A DNA stretch of 64,000 nucleotides from Scyliorhinus canicula (Eukaryota). Position 1 is the first letter of the stretch; every line of letters starts with the position of its first letter. The notes beneath the pieces are model-generated. The model saw only the letters and a list, made by a program, of their open reading frames with translations. It searched no databases and was not told where the DNA came from. A program made the translations under genes and the position numbers. Positions 47,239 to 58,432 of the stretch are shown here, in pieces. The stretch spans positions 39,609,729 through 39,673,728 of the forward strand of contig NC_052158.1 in assembly GCF_902713615.1 (NCBI RefSeq), given 5' to 3'.

Positions 47239-47396
47239 TTTATAGACTGGGGAAAATACAAATAACAAATCTACCCAGACTCCATTTTATTGTCTAACTT
47301 GAACATTTCCTGAACCAGGCTGAGGATAAATGATTGGTCAGCTTCCGAAAAACAGCCAATTGAAGGATAAACTATCCTGTGTCACCAGTTACCAGG
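47239..47396 (-). promoter_or_regulatory. MHC promoter copy 1: X1-X2-Y module, CCAAT and TATA
   Basis: Minus strand: X1 CCTGGTAACTGG (47396-47385), X2 TGACACA (47384-47378), 17-nt spacer, Y box ATTGG (47360-47356), CCAAT (47337-47333), TATAAA (47244-47239), ATG at 47167. Confidence 0.85.
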
Positions 47397-47438
47397 AAGA
47401 TCAAACTGAGACAGAGAGAGATTCAGGAAGTGAATTCA

Positions 47439-47993
47439 CAGTGAGATTGTGGAGACCTCCTCCAGCAGCTCCAGTGTGAAGAGAGGAGACACTGGGACCC
47501 TGGACTCCCCCCTCACAGTGAGATTGAAGAGCCCTCGTCCAGCAGCTCCAGTGTAAAGAGAGGAGACACTGGGACCCTGCCCCCCCCCCCCCCCCCCTCA
47601 CAGTGAGATTGAAGAGCCCTCGCCCAGCAGCTCCAGTGTAAAGAGAGGAGGCACTGGGACCCTGGACTCCCCCCTCACAGTGAGATTGTGGAGGCCTCGT
47701 CCAGCAGCTCCAGTGTAAAGAGAGGAGGCACTGGGACCCTGGACTCTCCCCTCACAGTGAGATTGAAGAGACCTCGTCCAGCAGCTCCAGTGTGAAGAGA
47801 GGAGACACTGGGACCCTGGACTCCTCCCTCACAGTGAGATTGAAGAGACCTCGTCCAGCAGCTCCAGTGTAAAGAGAGGGGACACTGGGACCCTGGACTC
47901 CCCCCTCACAGTGAGATTGAAGAGACCTCGTCCAGCAGCTCCAGTGTAAAGAGAGGAGACACTGGGACCCTGGACTCCCCCCTCACAGTGAGA
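47439..47993. repeat. 77-bp VNTR (about 7 units) immediately upstream of the X box
   Basis: CAGTGAGA recurs at 47439, 47516, 47601, 47678, 47755, 47832, 47909 and 47986. Confidence 0.95.
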
Positions 47994-48439
47994 GTTATAC
48001 CAGGAGTGATTAAGCTGTTTTGCTTTTCCCAATCGATGTCAAATGGTCAAATTCCTGAACTTCCCTCCCTATCAGCACAGTTGGTGTAACTACACCACAT
48101 GGACTGCAGCGGTTCAAGAAGGCAGCTCACCACCACCTTCTCCAGGGTGATTTGGGATGTGAATAAAAATGCTGTGTTAACCAGTGAAGTGTCCATTCAG
48201 TGAAAGAATAAAAGAACGTGAAACATTTTCTATCAGTGTTCATTGAAACATGAGATCATTGAACCTCCATTGCCCCATAATCCTCGAGATCCTCACCTCA
48301 GAAAACCACACCAGTCACAAGTCAGGAATATTTCAGTTCAAATTTCACTCCCAGCCTTGGCTCACCAGAAGCACTCTCACCTCTGACTCAGAATGTTCCA
48401 GATTGAAGCAGCCATTCCAGAGACTTGGGGTGCGATTTA

Positions 48440-49635
48440 AGAGCCCATGGTGTTAAGAGCAAGATCCTGGCATGGATAGAGGATTGGCAGAGTGGTGATA
48501 AAGGGATCTTCTTCAGGATGGCTGCCGGTGACGAGTGGTGTGCCTCAGGAGTCTGTGCTGGGACCACAACCTTTTACAATATCCATTAATGATCTGGAAG
48601 AAGGAACTGAAGGCACTGTTGCTAAGTTTGCAGATGGTACATTGAGGGCAGGTACTATTGAGGAAGCAGGCAGACTTCAGAAGGACTTGGACAGGCTAGG
48701 AGATTGGGCAATAAAGTGGCAGATAGAATTCAATGTGGAAAAGTGTGAGGTTATACACTTTCGAAGGAGAAATGGAGGAAATCAGAAGCACAAAGGGACT
48801 TGGGAGTCCTTGTTCATGATTCTCTTAAGGTTAACGTACAGGTTCAGTCGGCAGTTAGGAAGGCAAACGCAATGTTAGCGTTCATGTCGAGAGGGCTAGC
48901 CAAAACCAGGGATGTACTTCTGAGGCTACATAAGACTCTGGTCAGATCCCATTTGGAGTATTGTGAGCAGTTTTGGGCCCTGTATCTAAGGAAGGATGTG
49001 CTGGTTCTGGAAAGGGTCCAGAGGAGGCTCACAAGAATTATCCCTGGAATGAAGAGGTCGTTGGAGTTTAGAAGGAAAATGAAATGAAATGAAAATCGCT
49101 TATTGTCACGAGTAGGCTTCAATGAAGTTACTGTGAAAAGCCCCTAGTCGCCACATTCCGGAGCCTGTCCGGGGAGGCTGATGTGGGAATCGAACTGTGC
49201 TGCTAGCCTGCTTTAAAAGCCAGCGATTTAGCAGAGTGAGCTAAACCAGCCCCTGTGATGAGGGGGTATCTTATTGAAACTTACAGGATACTGCATGGCC
49301 TGGATAGAGTGGACGTGGAGAGGATGTTTCCACTTGTAGGAAAAACTAGAACTAGAGGACACCATCTCAGACTAAAGGGACGATCCTTGAAAACAGAGAT
49401 GAGGAATTTTTTTCAGCCAGAGGGTGGTGAATCTGTGGAACTCTTGCCGCAGAAAGCTGCGGAGGCCAAATCACTGTCTTTAAGGCAGAGTTAGATAGGT
49501 ACTTGATTAATAAGGGGATCAGGGGTTATGGGAAGAAGGCAGGAGAATGGGGATGAGAAAATATCAGCCATGATTGAATGGCGGAGCAGACTCGATGGGC
49601 TGTGGCCTTTTTGCTCCTATGTCTTATGGTCTTCA
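48440..49635 (+). mobile_element. CR1-type LINE RT 3' fragment
   Basis: VTSGVPQESVLGP, FADG, FNVEKC, LHKTLVRSHLEYCEQFW, RTRGH, and a CCTATGTCTTATGG tail. Confidence 0.88.
49076..49254 (-). mobile_element. Second tRNA-derived SINE family inserted in the CR1
   Basis: Reverse complement head GGGGCTGGTTTAGCTCAC...GTTCGATTCCC and a (TTTCA)n tail. A fragment of the same family lies near 5755-5800. Confidence 0.75.
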
Positions 49636-50284
49636 AGGTCGCATTGTGCTGAAGCGAGAGTGTGCGAGGAGACGCCAAAATCGCAGGAGACGCCAAAAAT
49701 GAGAAGACCGCCAGGCCCTGATCGGTTTGCAATCTAACCAGATCACTCCCATTGATGAAATCAGGATCCCGCTGTAGCGTGGCAGGAAAACAATAATCAC
49801 CACCAGACCAATCTCCATTCAATTAACGGGAGCAGCCCCCTATCTAATGACGTCACGTGACCTAACAGCTTCCCCAGCAAGTGGCCACGCAGCGTTATAA
49901 AATACCCCTTTTTAAAAACCTGAGACTGTTAGAAGGGCTGCTGCAGGGACCTGAGGAGGTGAGCAGCCATCCTTACTCACTGGCAAAGAGCCCGGGGCAC
50001 TGGGTTTGCTGCCCCGGGTGGGGTAGTTCGCCATCGGTGGGGTAATGGGGGTTGAAGAGCAGGAGGGTGACAGCCCATGGCCTGGGCTGGGGGGGGGGGG
50101 GGGGTTGTGGAAATGAGTGTCTCAGCGCCCGCGGGTCCACCATGCTAACCCCTGACTGTGAGCTCCTGTTCCCGGGGCAACGCCAGTCCCCCGCACCCCC
50201 TTAACTCCCACTGACCGTGGAGGCCTCTGGCCGTGTGGCTGAAGGCTATTGCTAATAAGGAATTGCTCTTGATGTGTTCACCTG

Positions 50285-50609
50285 TGTGGTGAATGTGATT
50301 CACACTATATATAGTTGCCAATATCACTCCATGTATATATGTTCGTTATCTACCCATTGTAAGTGCAGTTGCACTATCCGACCACCAGGGGGAGTCGCTC
50401 TGGGAGTACGCGAGAGTTTGTACTAGGCTCCTTCCTTGGCTCTGCCCAGGACTCCTCCCCCTGGGACCGATGTATAAAGATCAGTGCCTTAGAGCCAGCC
50501 TGCCATTTCATCTGAAGTTCAATGATGAATAGGCTGGCTCTATTGTAAGTGTTTTAAAGCCTCTGTTCAGATCCAACTATACGTGTTCGCTGAATTGATG
50601 GTTCCATCA
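50285..50609 (+). mobile_element. Solo LTR (325 bp) with perfect 5-bp TSD ACCTG
   Basis: TGTGGTGAAT...TTCCATCA, flanked by ACCTG at 50280-50284 and 50610-50614. Contains GTATAAAG. Confidence 0.85.
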
Positions 50610-50795
50610 ACCTGTCCTGGACACAAATCCCATCAGAGTCTGACACACTGTGCTGACTTCAATGGTGTCAGATATCAGGCTGGCTGTATAACAGGCGTCT
50701 GATCAAATATCACCCATTTCAAACTCTCCCCAAAAGATTCACATTAACCCCAGAGAGAGAGAGAGTGAGAATGGAAGAATGAATTCTGTACTTAC

Positions 50796-50847
50796 CGGGA
50801 GAGACCCAGGAAAAACACAGGGAGATGGAAAAAAGGATCAGCAACAT
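50796..50847 (-). CDS. Duplicate leader exon (MLLILFSISLCFSWVSP), candidate alternative first exon
   Basis: 52 nt, same peptide as 47116-47167 (one synonymous change), intact ATG and G|GTAAG donor. Confidence 0.7.
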
Positions 50848-50914
50848 TCTGGGAATCCACTGTCCCTGTCCCTGTTCAATGATTGGATATAAAACTCTTT
50901 AAGGAGGCAACAAC

Positions 50915-51090
50915 TTTATAGACTGGGGTAAACATGAAAAATAACAAAAACTTTCTCCAGACTCTATTTTACTGTCTGACTTAAACTTTGATCATTTCCT
51001 GAATGCTGAACCAGAGGATAGCTGATTGGTTAATCTCAGAAAAACAGCCAATTAAAGAGATAAACAATCAGGTTGTCACTAGTTACCAGG
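50915..51090 (-). promoter_or_regulatory. MHC promoter copy 2 (X1-X2-Y, CCAAT, TATA)
   Basis: X1 CCTGGTAACTAG (51090-51079), X2 TGACAAC, Y ATTGG (51052-51048), CCAAT (about 51025-51029), TATAAA (50920-50915). Confidence 0.8.
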
Positions 51091-51554
51091 CAGATCAAAC
51101 TCAGACAACTTGGAAAAACAACAACTAATCTCTGTACAGCAACTTTCACAACCTGAACCCTCCCCGAGGGCAGTATTTATAAAACACAGAGACAGATACA
51201 GGCCCATGGCCAAAAACTATCTCATAATTGAAGGTTTTCAGGAGTGTCTTATGCAGTGATCTGCATATCTGTATGTACACAAGGGATTAATGTATAGACA
51301 TAACAGCTAAGTAATCACAAGAGGACAGCACTAGAGACAGGTATAAATAGACAGACTCAAGCCAAGATCCGCAAGGACATGGACGAGGGACCACAAGCAG
51401 ACAAAGACAGGTCAGCACAGGTGTAGCTAATCATAAGTATTTCTTATATAAACTTGTTCATGTAACATCTAGTTTAAGCATTGGAGAGAGAACAAACTCA
51501 CAGTTAATTTGTCAACATTACTCAATAAAATATTTGCTCTAATTGGAAGACTAC

Positions 51555-52259
51555 GGGCGGGATTCTCCCAACGGGAGACGAAGTGCAGACGGCGGAGTAA
51601 AAATCGGAGTGTTTTACTCCGGTGTCGGAGCCCGTTCCCAGACCCCTATTCTGGGGCCTCCGTGGGGCTGGCAGGGGCGTGGCGTGATTTGTGTGGGGCG
51701 GGGCCTCGGCGTGGCGTCGGAGACCCGGTGCAACGTAAAAGACGGGGAGCCTTGAGTCCCGCGTATGCGCAGTTGGGCAGGCGCCAACTTGCGCATGCGC
51801 AGTGGCCGTCCTCCCCCAGGCCGTCCCGCACAACAATGGCGCTGGGCTAAAACATTGCCAGCGGAGGAAAGGAGGCCCGCTAACAGAGAGGCCGGCCCGC
51901 CGATCGATGGACCCCGATCGCGGGCCAGCATCAGAGGCCCCACCGGGTGAGGGAGCCCCCCCCCCCACCCCCACAGGCCACGCCCCGAGTGCTCCCGCAG
52001 AGTTCCCGCCGGCAGCGACTGGAGGTGAACGGCTCCTGCGGGACTATGTCGTGTCGGAGCGGCCACTTGGCCCATCCGTGCCGGAGAATTGGCAGCCTCG
52101 CTGATTCCAGCGGCCCACCGTCCGGCGCCGCGCCAAACGGACCGGCGCAAATGGCGCTGATTCTCCGCACCTCGGAGAATCGCGCGGCACCGTCGGTGTG
52201 TCGTGGCACGGTTGCTCCGATTCTCCGGCCTGGCGCGGGGCTCGAAGAATTGCCCCCCC
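51555..52259. mobile_element. GC-rich TIR element inserted in the 5' LTR of element C
   Basis: GGGCGGGATTCTCC ... GAAGAATTGCCCCC. Absent from the equivalent position of the 3' LTR (GGAAGACGAC|GAGTGT). Confidence 0.8.
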
Positions 52260-55200
52260 TCCGAGTGTTAATCAACATCGAGTTAAAGATCATTCTGGAA
52301 GAAGAGCAAGTGAGTAACTTATATTGTGCAAAGAAATACATTACTATCAGAAATAGTAACAGAATATGGTACCCGGCTTGACTTCAAGAAAGCTTACAAG
52401 ATAAATTAGATCAGAACTAGAAAGAAAAAAAGAAAATTTGTACCGGATATTCGACTTTGGAAGGCTTCGCAGCATTCGGACCCCTCGAAGGACCAAGTTC
52501 AAGCTCCATGTTTACTCAAAACTACTGGTAATCTTAACTCTAATTGGAAACTTTTAAAACAGCAATTCCCTATCTTTCTGCAATCACATGATTTGGCCAC
52601 CGCTTCTGAAGCTAGAAAAATAGCTCTGCTTTTATCCATGGCAGGACAGCAGGCTGTAGAAATATACAACTCTTTCACTTACTCTGAAAGGGAGGACAAA
52701 AGCAAACGATGTAATATTTAAAAAATTTGAAGACCACTGCAAAATGCAGAAAAATGAAATCTTTGAGAGATTCAGGTTCAAAAGACCTTTGCAAAAACAT
52801 GGTGAATCATTCATCAGCTTTGTCACAGATTGTGGTAAACCACTGTTACACCTGTATTAGGTGATGTAAGGTAGGACCTATATTACAGGTTCGCCGGTAG
52901 CCCCTGCCGGCTGGCTCCGCCCAGGAAGAGGATTGTAAATATGCATGTCCTCTATTCAGCAGCCATTTCGCCAGCTGCAGTAGGAGTCCACGCATCTTAC
53001 TGCAATAAAGCCACAGTTGTACCCAATCTGAGTCTTTGTGCAATTGATCGTGCATCAATTTATTGCAGTAAGATTTTCTACAAGATGGACCTCCGAATCA
53101 AACCAGATCGCCTGAAGCTGGATCCGCAATAGGCCGACGCCTGAAGACTTTAATCACTGGCTAGCTTGCTTCGAGGCTTACATAAACTCAGCGACCAACA
53201 CACCGACGGAGGCTCAGAAGATACAGATCCTGTACTCAAGATTGAGCTCCAGCGTGTTTCCGCTGACCCAGGACGCCCCGACTTACGCGGACAAGATGGC
53301 GCTCCTCAAAGAGAACTACGCGCAGAAAACAAACTCACTCTTCGCCAGGCACGTACTCGCCACTCGCTCTCAACTCCCTGGTGAATCCATTGAAGACTTC
53401 TGGCGGGCCCTAATCCCACTCGTCCAGGACTGTGACTGTCAGGCCGTTACGGCTACCGAACATTCTAATCTTCTCATGCGCGATGCTTTTGTAATGGGGA
53501 TTGGGTCGGACCTCATCCACCAAAAACTGCTCGAAGGGGCCACGCTCGACCGAGCGGAGACTAAAAAGCTAGCGCTCTCCATGATGGTCGCCTCATGTAA
53601 TACTCAGGCCTACCCCTCTGGCCGTGCGGCCCACCCCTCCTATCCCCCGTGGACCCCGCAAACAGCCGCCCCAGCCGGGGCCTTACCCAGCCAATACGCC
53701 TGCGCCACATGCCAATCCAAGCATCCCGGGGGTCCCCGATGTTACTTCTGCGGCTAGCAGAAGCACCCTCGCCAACGCTACCCGGCTCGCACAGCCATTT
53801 GCAAGGCTTGCAGCAAAAAGGGCCACTTCGCCGCAGTGTGCCAGGCACCCTAATCGCCCCCTCACCCCTGGCACATGCACAATGGGTGCCACCATCTTCG
53901 TCCGGGACCACGCGCGACCAGTGGGCGCCGCCATCTTCGCCACCCCGGACCACGCGCAGCCAGTGGGTGCCGCCATCTTCCCCCCCCCCCCCTCAGTCCA
54001 CATGCGGCCCATGGGCGCCGCTATCTTGTTCAGCTTCAGCAATGTGTGGCCCATGGGTGCCGCCATTTTGTCCCCCGCAGGATCTTCGGTCACTGCCATC
54101 TTGTCTTCCCCACGGGGCATGGACGCTGACGACATTCCACGACCGGGGCCCCCCACATTCTCCATCTTCTGACACCAGTGATGATCAAACGCAGCTCGCC
54201 TCGATGACGCTCGACCAGTCCCGACCTCACAACCTGGCCACCGCTTCGACTATGGTGAAAATCAACGGCCACGTGACCTCTTTCCTGCTGGATTCCGGGG
54301 GCACCGAAAGCTTCATCCACCCAGATACGGTCAGGTGCTGCTCCCTCGTGGTCCACTCCGCCAACCAAAGAATCTCCCGGGCCTCCGGATCCCAGTCCGT
54401 CCCATTTCGGGAGTTCTGAACGGTCACTCTCACGGTCCACGGCTTAGAATTCAGCCGCTTCCGCCTTTACGTCCTTCCCAATCGCTGCACTGCACTATTA
54501 CTAGGCCTGGATTTCCAGAGCAAACTCCAGAGCCTCACCCTCAAATTTGGCGGGCCCCTACCACCCCTCAATGTGTGCGGCCTCGCCACCCTAAAAGTCG
54601 ACCCTTCGGATTGCAAACCCGTTGCCACCAGGAGCAGACGGTACAGCACCCAGGACAAGACATTCAGCAAGACCGAGGTCCAGCGGCTGCTTCGGGAAGG
54701 TATTATCAAGGCCAGCAATAGCCCCTGGAGAGCTCAAGTGGTAGTCGTTAAAACTGGGGAGAAGTATAGAATGGTCGTGGACTACAGCCAGACGATCAAT
54801 CGGTACACGCAGCTCGACGCGTACCCCCTCCCACGCATATCTGATATGGTCAATCAGATTGCACAGTACCGTGTCTTCTCGATGATTGACCTAAACTCCG
54901 CCTACCACCAGCTCCCCATTCGTAAATCGGCCCATCCATACACTGCCTTCGAGGCGGACGGTCGTCTCTATCACTTCCTCAGGGTTCCCTTCGGCATCAC
55001 TAACGGGGTTTTGGTGTTCCAACGAGCAATGGACCGAATGGTAGACCAGTACGGACTGCGGGCCACGTTTCCGTATCTGGATAATATTACCATCTGCGGC
55101 TATGACCAGCAGGACCACGACGCCAACCTCCACCGTTTTCTCCAGACGGCACAGAAATTAAATCTCACTTATAACAAGGGGAAATGCGTGTTCCGCACAA

Positions 55201-56794
55201 ACAGACTAGCCATCCTCGGCTACGTCATGGAGAACGGAGTCCTGGGCCCAGACCCGGACCGCATGCGCCCCCTCTTAGAACTCCCCCTCCCCCATGGCCC
55301 CAAGGCCCTCAAATGCTGCCTAGGGTTCTTTTCGTACTACGCTCAGTGGATCCCAAACTATGCGGACAAGGCCCGCCGACTCATTCAGTCCACCCATTTT
55401 GCCCTTATGGCAGAGGTGCAACAGGCCTTCGCCCGTATCAGAGCAGACATAGTCAAGGCCGGGTTGCATGCAGTAGACGAGACACTGCCCTTCCAAGTAG
55501 AAAGCGACGCCTCAGACATCGCCCTTGCCGCCACCCTCAATCAGGCAGGCAGACCCGTGGCATTCTTTCCCGCACCCTTCATGCCTCAGAATTTCGGCAC
55601 TCGCCCGTCGAAAAGGAGGCCTAGGCTATCGTTGAAGCGTTGCGCCATTGGAGGCATTACCTGGCCGGCAGGAGATTCACTCTCCTCACTGACCAACGGT
55701 CGGTAGCCTTTATGTTCAAAAACACGTAACGGGGCAAGATCAAGAATGATAAAATCTTGCGGTGGAGAATCGAGCTCTCCACCTATAACTATGAGATTCT
55801 GTATCGCCCCGGCAAACTCACCGAGCCCCGTGACGCCCTATCCCGAGGTACATGTGGCTGCGCACAAGTAGACTGGCTCCAGGCCCTACACAACAGCCTT
55901 TGTCACCCGGGGGGCACACGGTTATACCATCTTGTCAAGGCTCGTAATCTGCCCTACTCCGTTGAGGAAGTACGGACAGTCACCAGGGATTGCCAGGTCT
56001 GTGCGGAGTGCAAGCCGCACTTCTATTGGCCGGACCGTGCGCGCCTGGTGAAGACCTCACACTCCTTTGAACGCCTCAGCGTGGATTTCAAAGGGCCCCT
56101 CCCCTCTACCGACCGAAACACGTACATTCTCAATGTGGCCGATGAGTACTCCTGATTCCCCTTCGCCATCCCATGCCCCGTTATGACGTCTGCCACCGTC
56201 ATCAAGGCCCTCAACACAATCTTCGCTCTGTTGGGTTTCCCCGCCTCCATCCACAGTGACCTGGGATCCACATTCATGAGTGATGTGTTGCGTCAGTTCC
56301 TGCTCAGCAGGGGTATCGCCTCCAGCAGGACGACCAGCTACAACCCCCGGGGAAACGGGCAGGTAGAGAGGGAGAACGGGATGGTTTGGAGGGCCGTCCA
56401 GCTGGCCCTACGGTCCAGGAACCTCCCAGCCTCCCGCTGGCAGGAGGACCTCCCTGATGCACTACACTCCATCCGGTCACTACTGTGCACCGCCACAAAT
56501 AACACACCCCATGAACATCTTTTTGCCTTCCCCAGGAAGTCCACATCCGGTGTGGGGCTCCCGACTTGGCTCATAGCTCCAGGACCGGTCCTGCTCTATA
56601 GGCACATCCGGCTCCACAAGGCGGACCCGTTGGTGGACAGGGTACACTTGCTCCATGCCAACCCCCAGTATGCATATGTGGCGTACCCCAACGGCTGCCA
56701 AGATACTGTCTTCCTCGGGGACCTGGCACCAGCCGGTTCCACCCACTTCCCCGGCCAGGCGCCATCCTCCCCTCCCCCAGTGCTTCCAACATTG

Positions 56795-58432
56795 AACATA
56801 GAACATAGAATTTACAGTGCAGAAGGAGGCCATTAGGCCCATCGAGCCCGCACCGACCCTTGAAAAGAGCACCCCATTTAAGCCCAGAACTCCTCCCCAT
56901 ACCCGTAACTGTAACCCAGCAACCTCACCCAACCCCTTTGAACACTAAGGGTAATTTAGCCTGGCCAATCCACCTAACCTGCACGTCTTTGGACTGTGGG
57001 AGGAAACCGGAGTACCTGGAGGAAACCCATGCAGACACGGGGAGAACGTGCAGACTCCGCACAGACAGTGACCCAAGCCGGGAATCGAACCTGGGACCCT
57101 GGAGCTGTGAAGCGTATAATTGAAAATACAGAAAAATGTGTCATTTGAAACATGGAAGTCTGGCAATATCTGGTCTGAGAGGATACAGGGAAAGATCCCA
57201 CAAAAGGTTACTAGCAGCTGCAAAGAGCAGGATTATAAAATGCAGATGTCTCACAAGCAGGTTTAGCAAACACACAGGTTTCATGTAATAAGCTAAAACA
57301 ATGGCTCACACCTTCATGGAATACTGTATAACTATCTCAGGAAGCATCTGGAAAAGCATGGATGAGAGTTTCAATTGAATTAAGTGACGAATGTTTAAAG
57401 CAGGCAGGTCTTTCAAGTCATAGCCAAGTTAAATTTTAGCATACAGCTAAAAGCAAAGTTTCACACCTTCATTGAAATAAACTCTCTTAGTAAACAGCTG
57501 GAAAGGATGGATGATGCTCAGTCGAATTTGGTGTCAATTCTAAGTGTAAAATTCTATGAACATCAAGTCAATTAAAAGAAAATTGGAGACGACCTGTCTA
57601 CGAGAAACATAATTTAAAGTCAAAATCAAAGGCAAAGTTATGAGCTGGGGACAATTGGAAAATTAAACGATTCGAAATCACAGAAATAAAAGTTAACTAT
57701 TGAAACCAAAGCATTTTAAAATCAGATCTGAGAGGTGACGTTATGCCCAAAATGAATAATTAGTTGTATTACAATGTTTACATCAAAGATACTTTTTAAC
57801 TATCAAAGTGAAACAAGCTCATTTACAATAAAGTTGTTAAAACTTAATAACTCTTCGAAAGAGAATATAAACCCGAAGAAAGGGGACAGCCAGCAGAGCC
57901 AGAGCCAGCTCTCACAGCTCGGTACATGGGAAGGATAGGACACAGCAACCGAGTTCACCAGCGAATACATCTCAAGAAGACCAGATTCTAAAGAAGATTG
58001 ATTGTCAAGGTGGGCCTGAAGGTCCCTTCAACCAACAAGAAGGATCCAGAAGCAAGATCTTTTTACCTTTCTGTTAAAAAAGTGTTTACAGCTTTAAAAA
58101 AAAATAATAATAATAAAATAACTTAAACGTTTTAACCTGAAACAGTGGTTATTAGCCTACTTTACTTACTTAACAACGCAGGACCCAGGACATCGATGCT
58201 ACTAAGGAGTAAGTAGGTAAAATTCTTCGGTGAAGGTATGGGTTATACTGGGGGATAACTTGAAAATATAGTTTGACCTGAATAGCACCCACCGAAGCCT
58301 GCATCGGAGTCAGGGAGTGAGAATCCCTGTTCACCATTTAGAATATCGACCCTTTTTTGGTAAAGGGGGAATTCTAAGAATAGTGGTGAGTTTTAACTTC
58401 AAGCGACAATGCTAACCACTGTGCTACCATGC
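56795..58432 (-). mobile_element. HE1-type SINE inside element B, split by a 1.29-kb insertion
   Basis: Tail and core at 56795-57114. The head (GCGACAATGCTAACCACTGTGCTACCATGCC on plus) resumes at 58402. Confidence 0.85.
57115..58401. mobile_element. 1287-bp insertion with 4-bp TSD AGCG, probable long solo LTR
   Basis: AGCG|TATAAT...ACTTCA|AGCG. Ends in CA and starts TA rather than TG. AT-rich, no ORF. Confidence 0.55.

Larger units (their letters stand above)
50620..51251 (-). other. Duplicated MHC 5' module (part of intron 1 + leader exon + promoter), copy 2
   Basis: Aligns with 46936-47413. Near-identical in the intron and leader part, more diverged in the promoter. Confidence 0.93.

Noticed and set aside
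47437-47993. RSS heptamer CACAGTG in each 77-bp unit
   Set aside because: There is no ACAAAAACC-like nonamer at 12- or 23-bp spacing and no V/D/J segment nearby.
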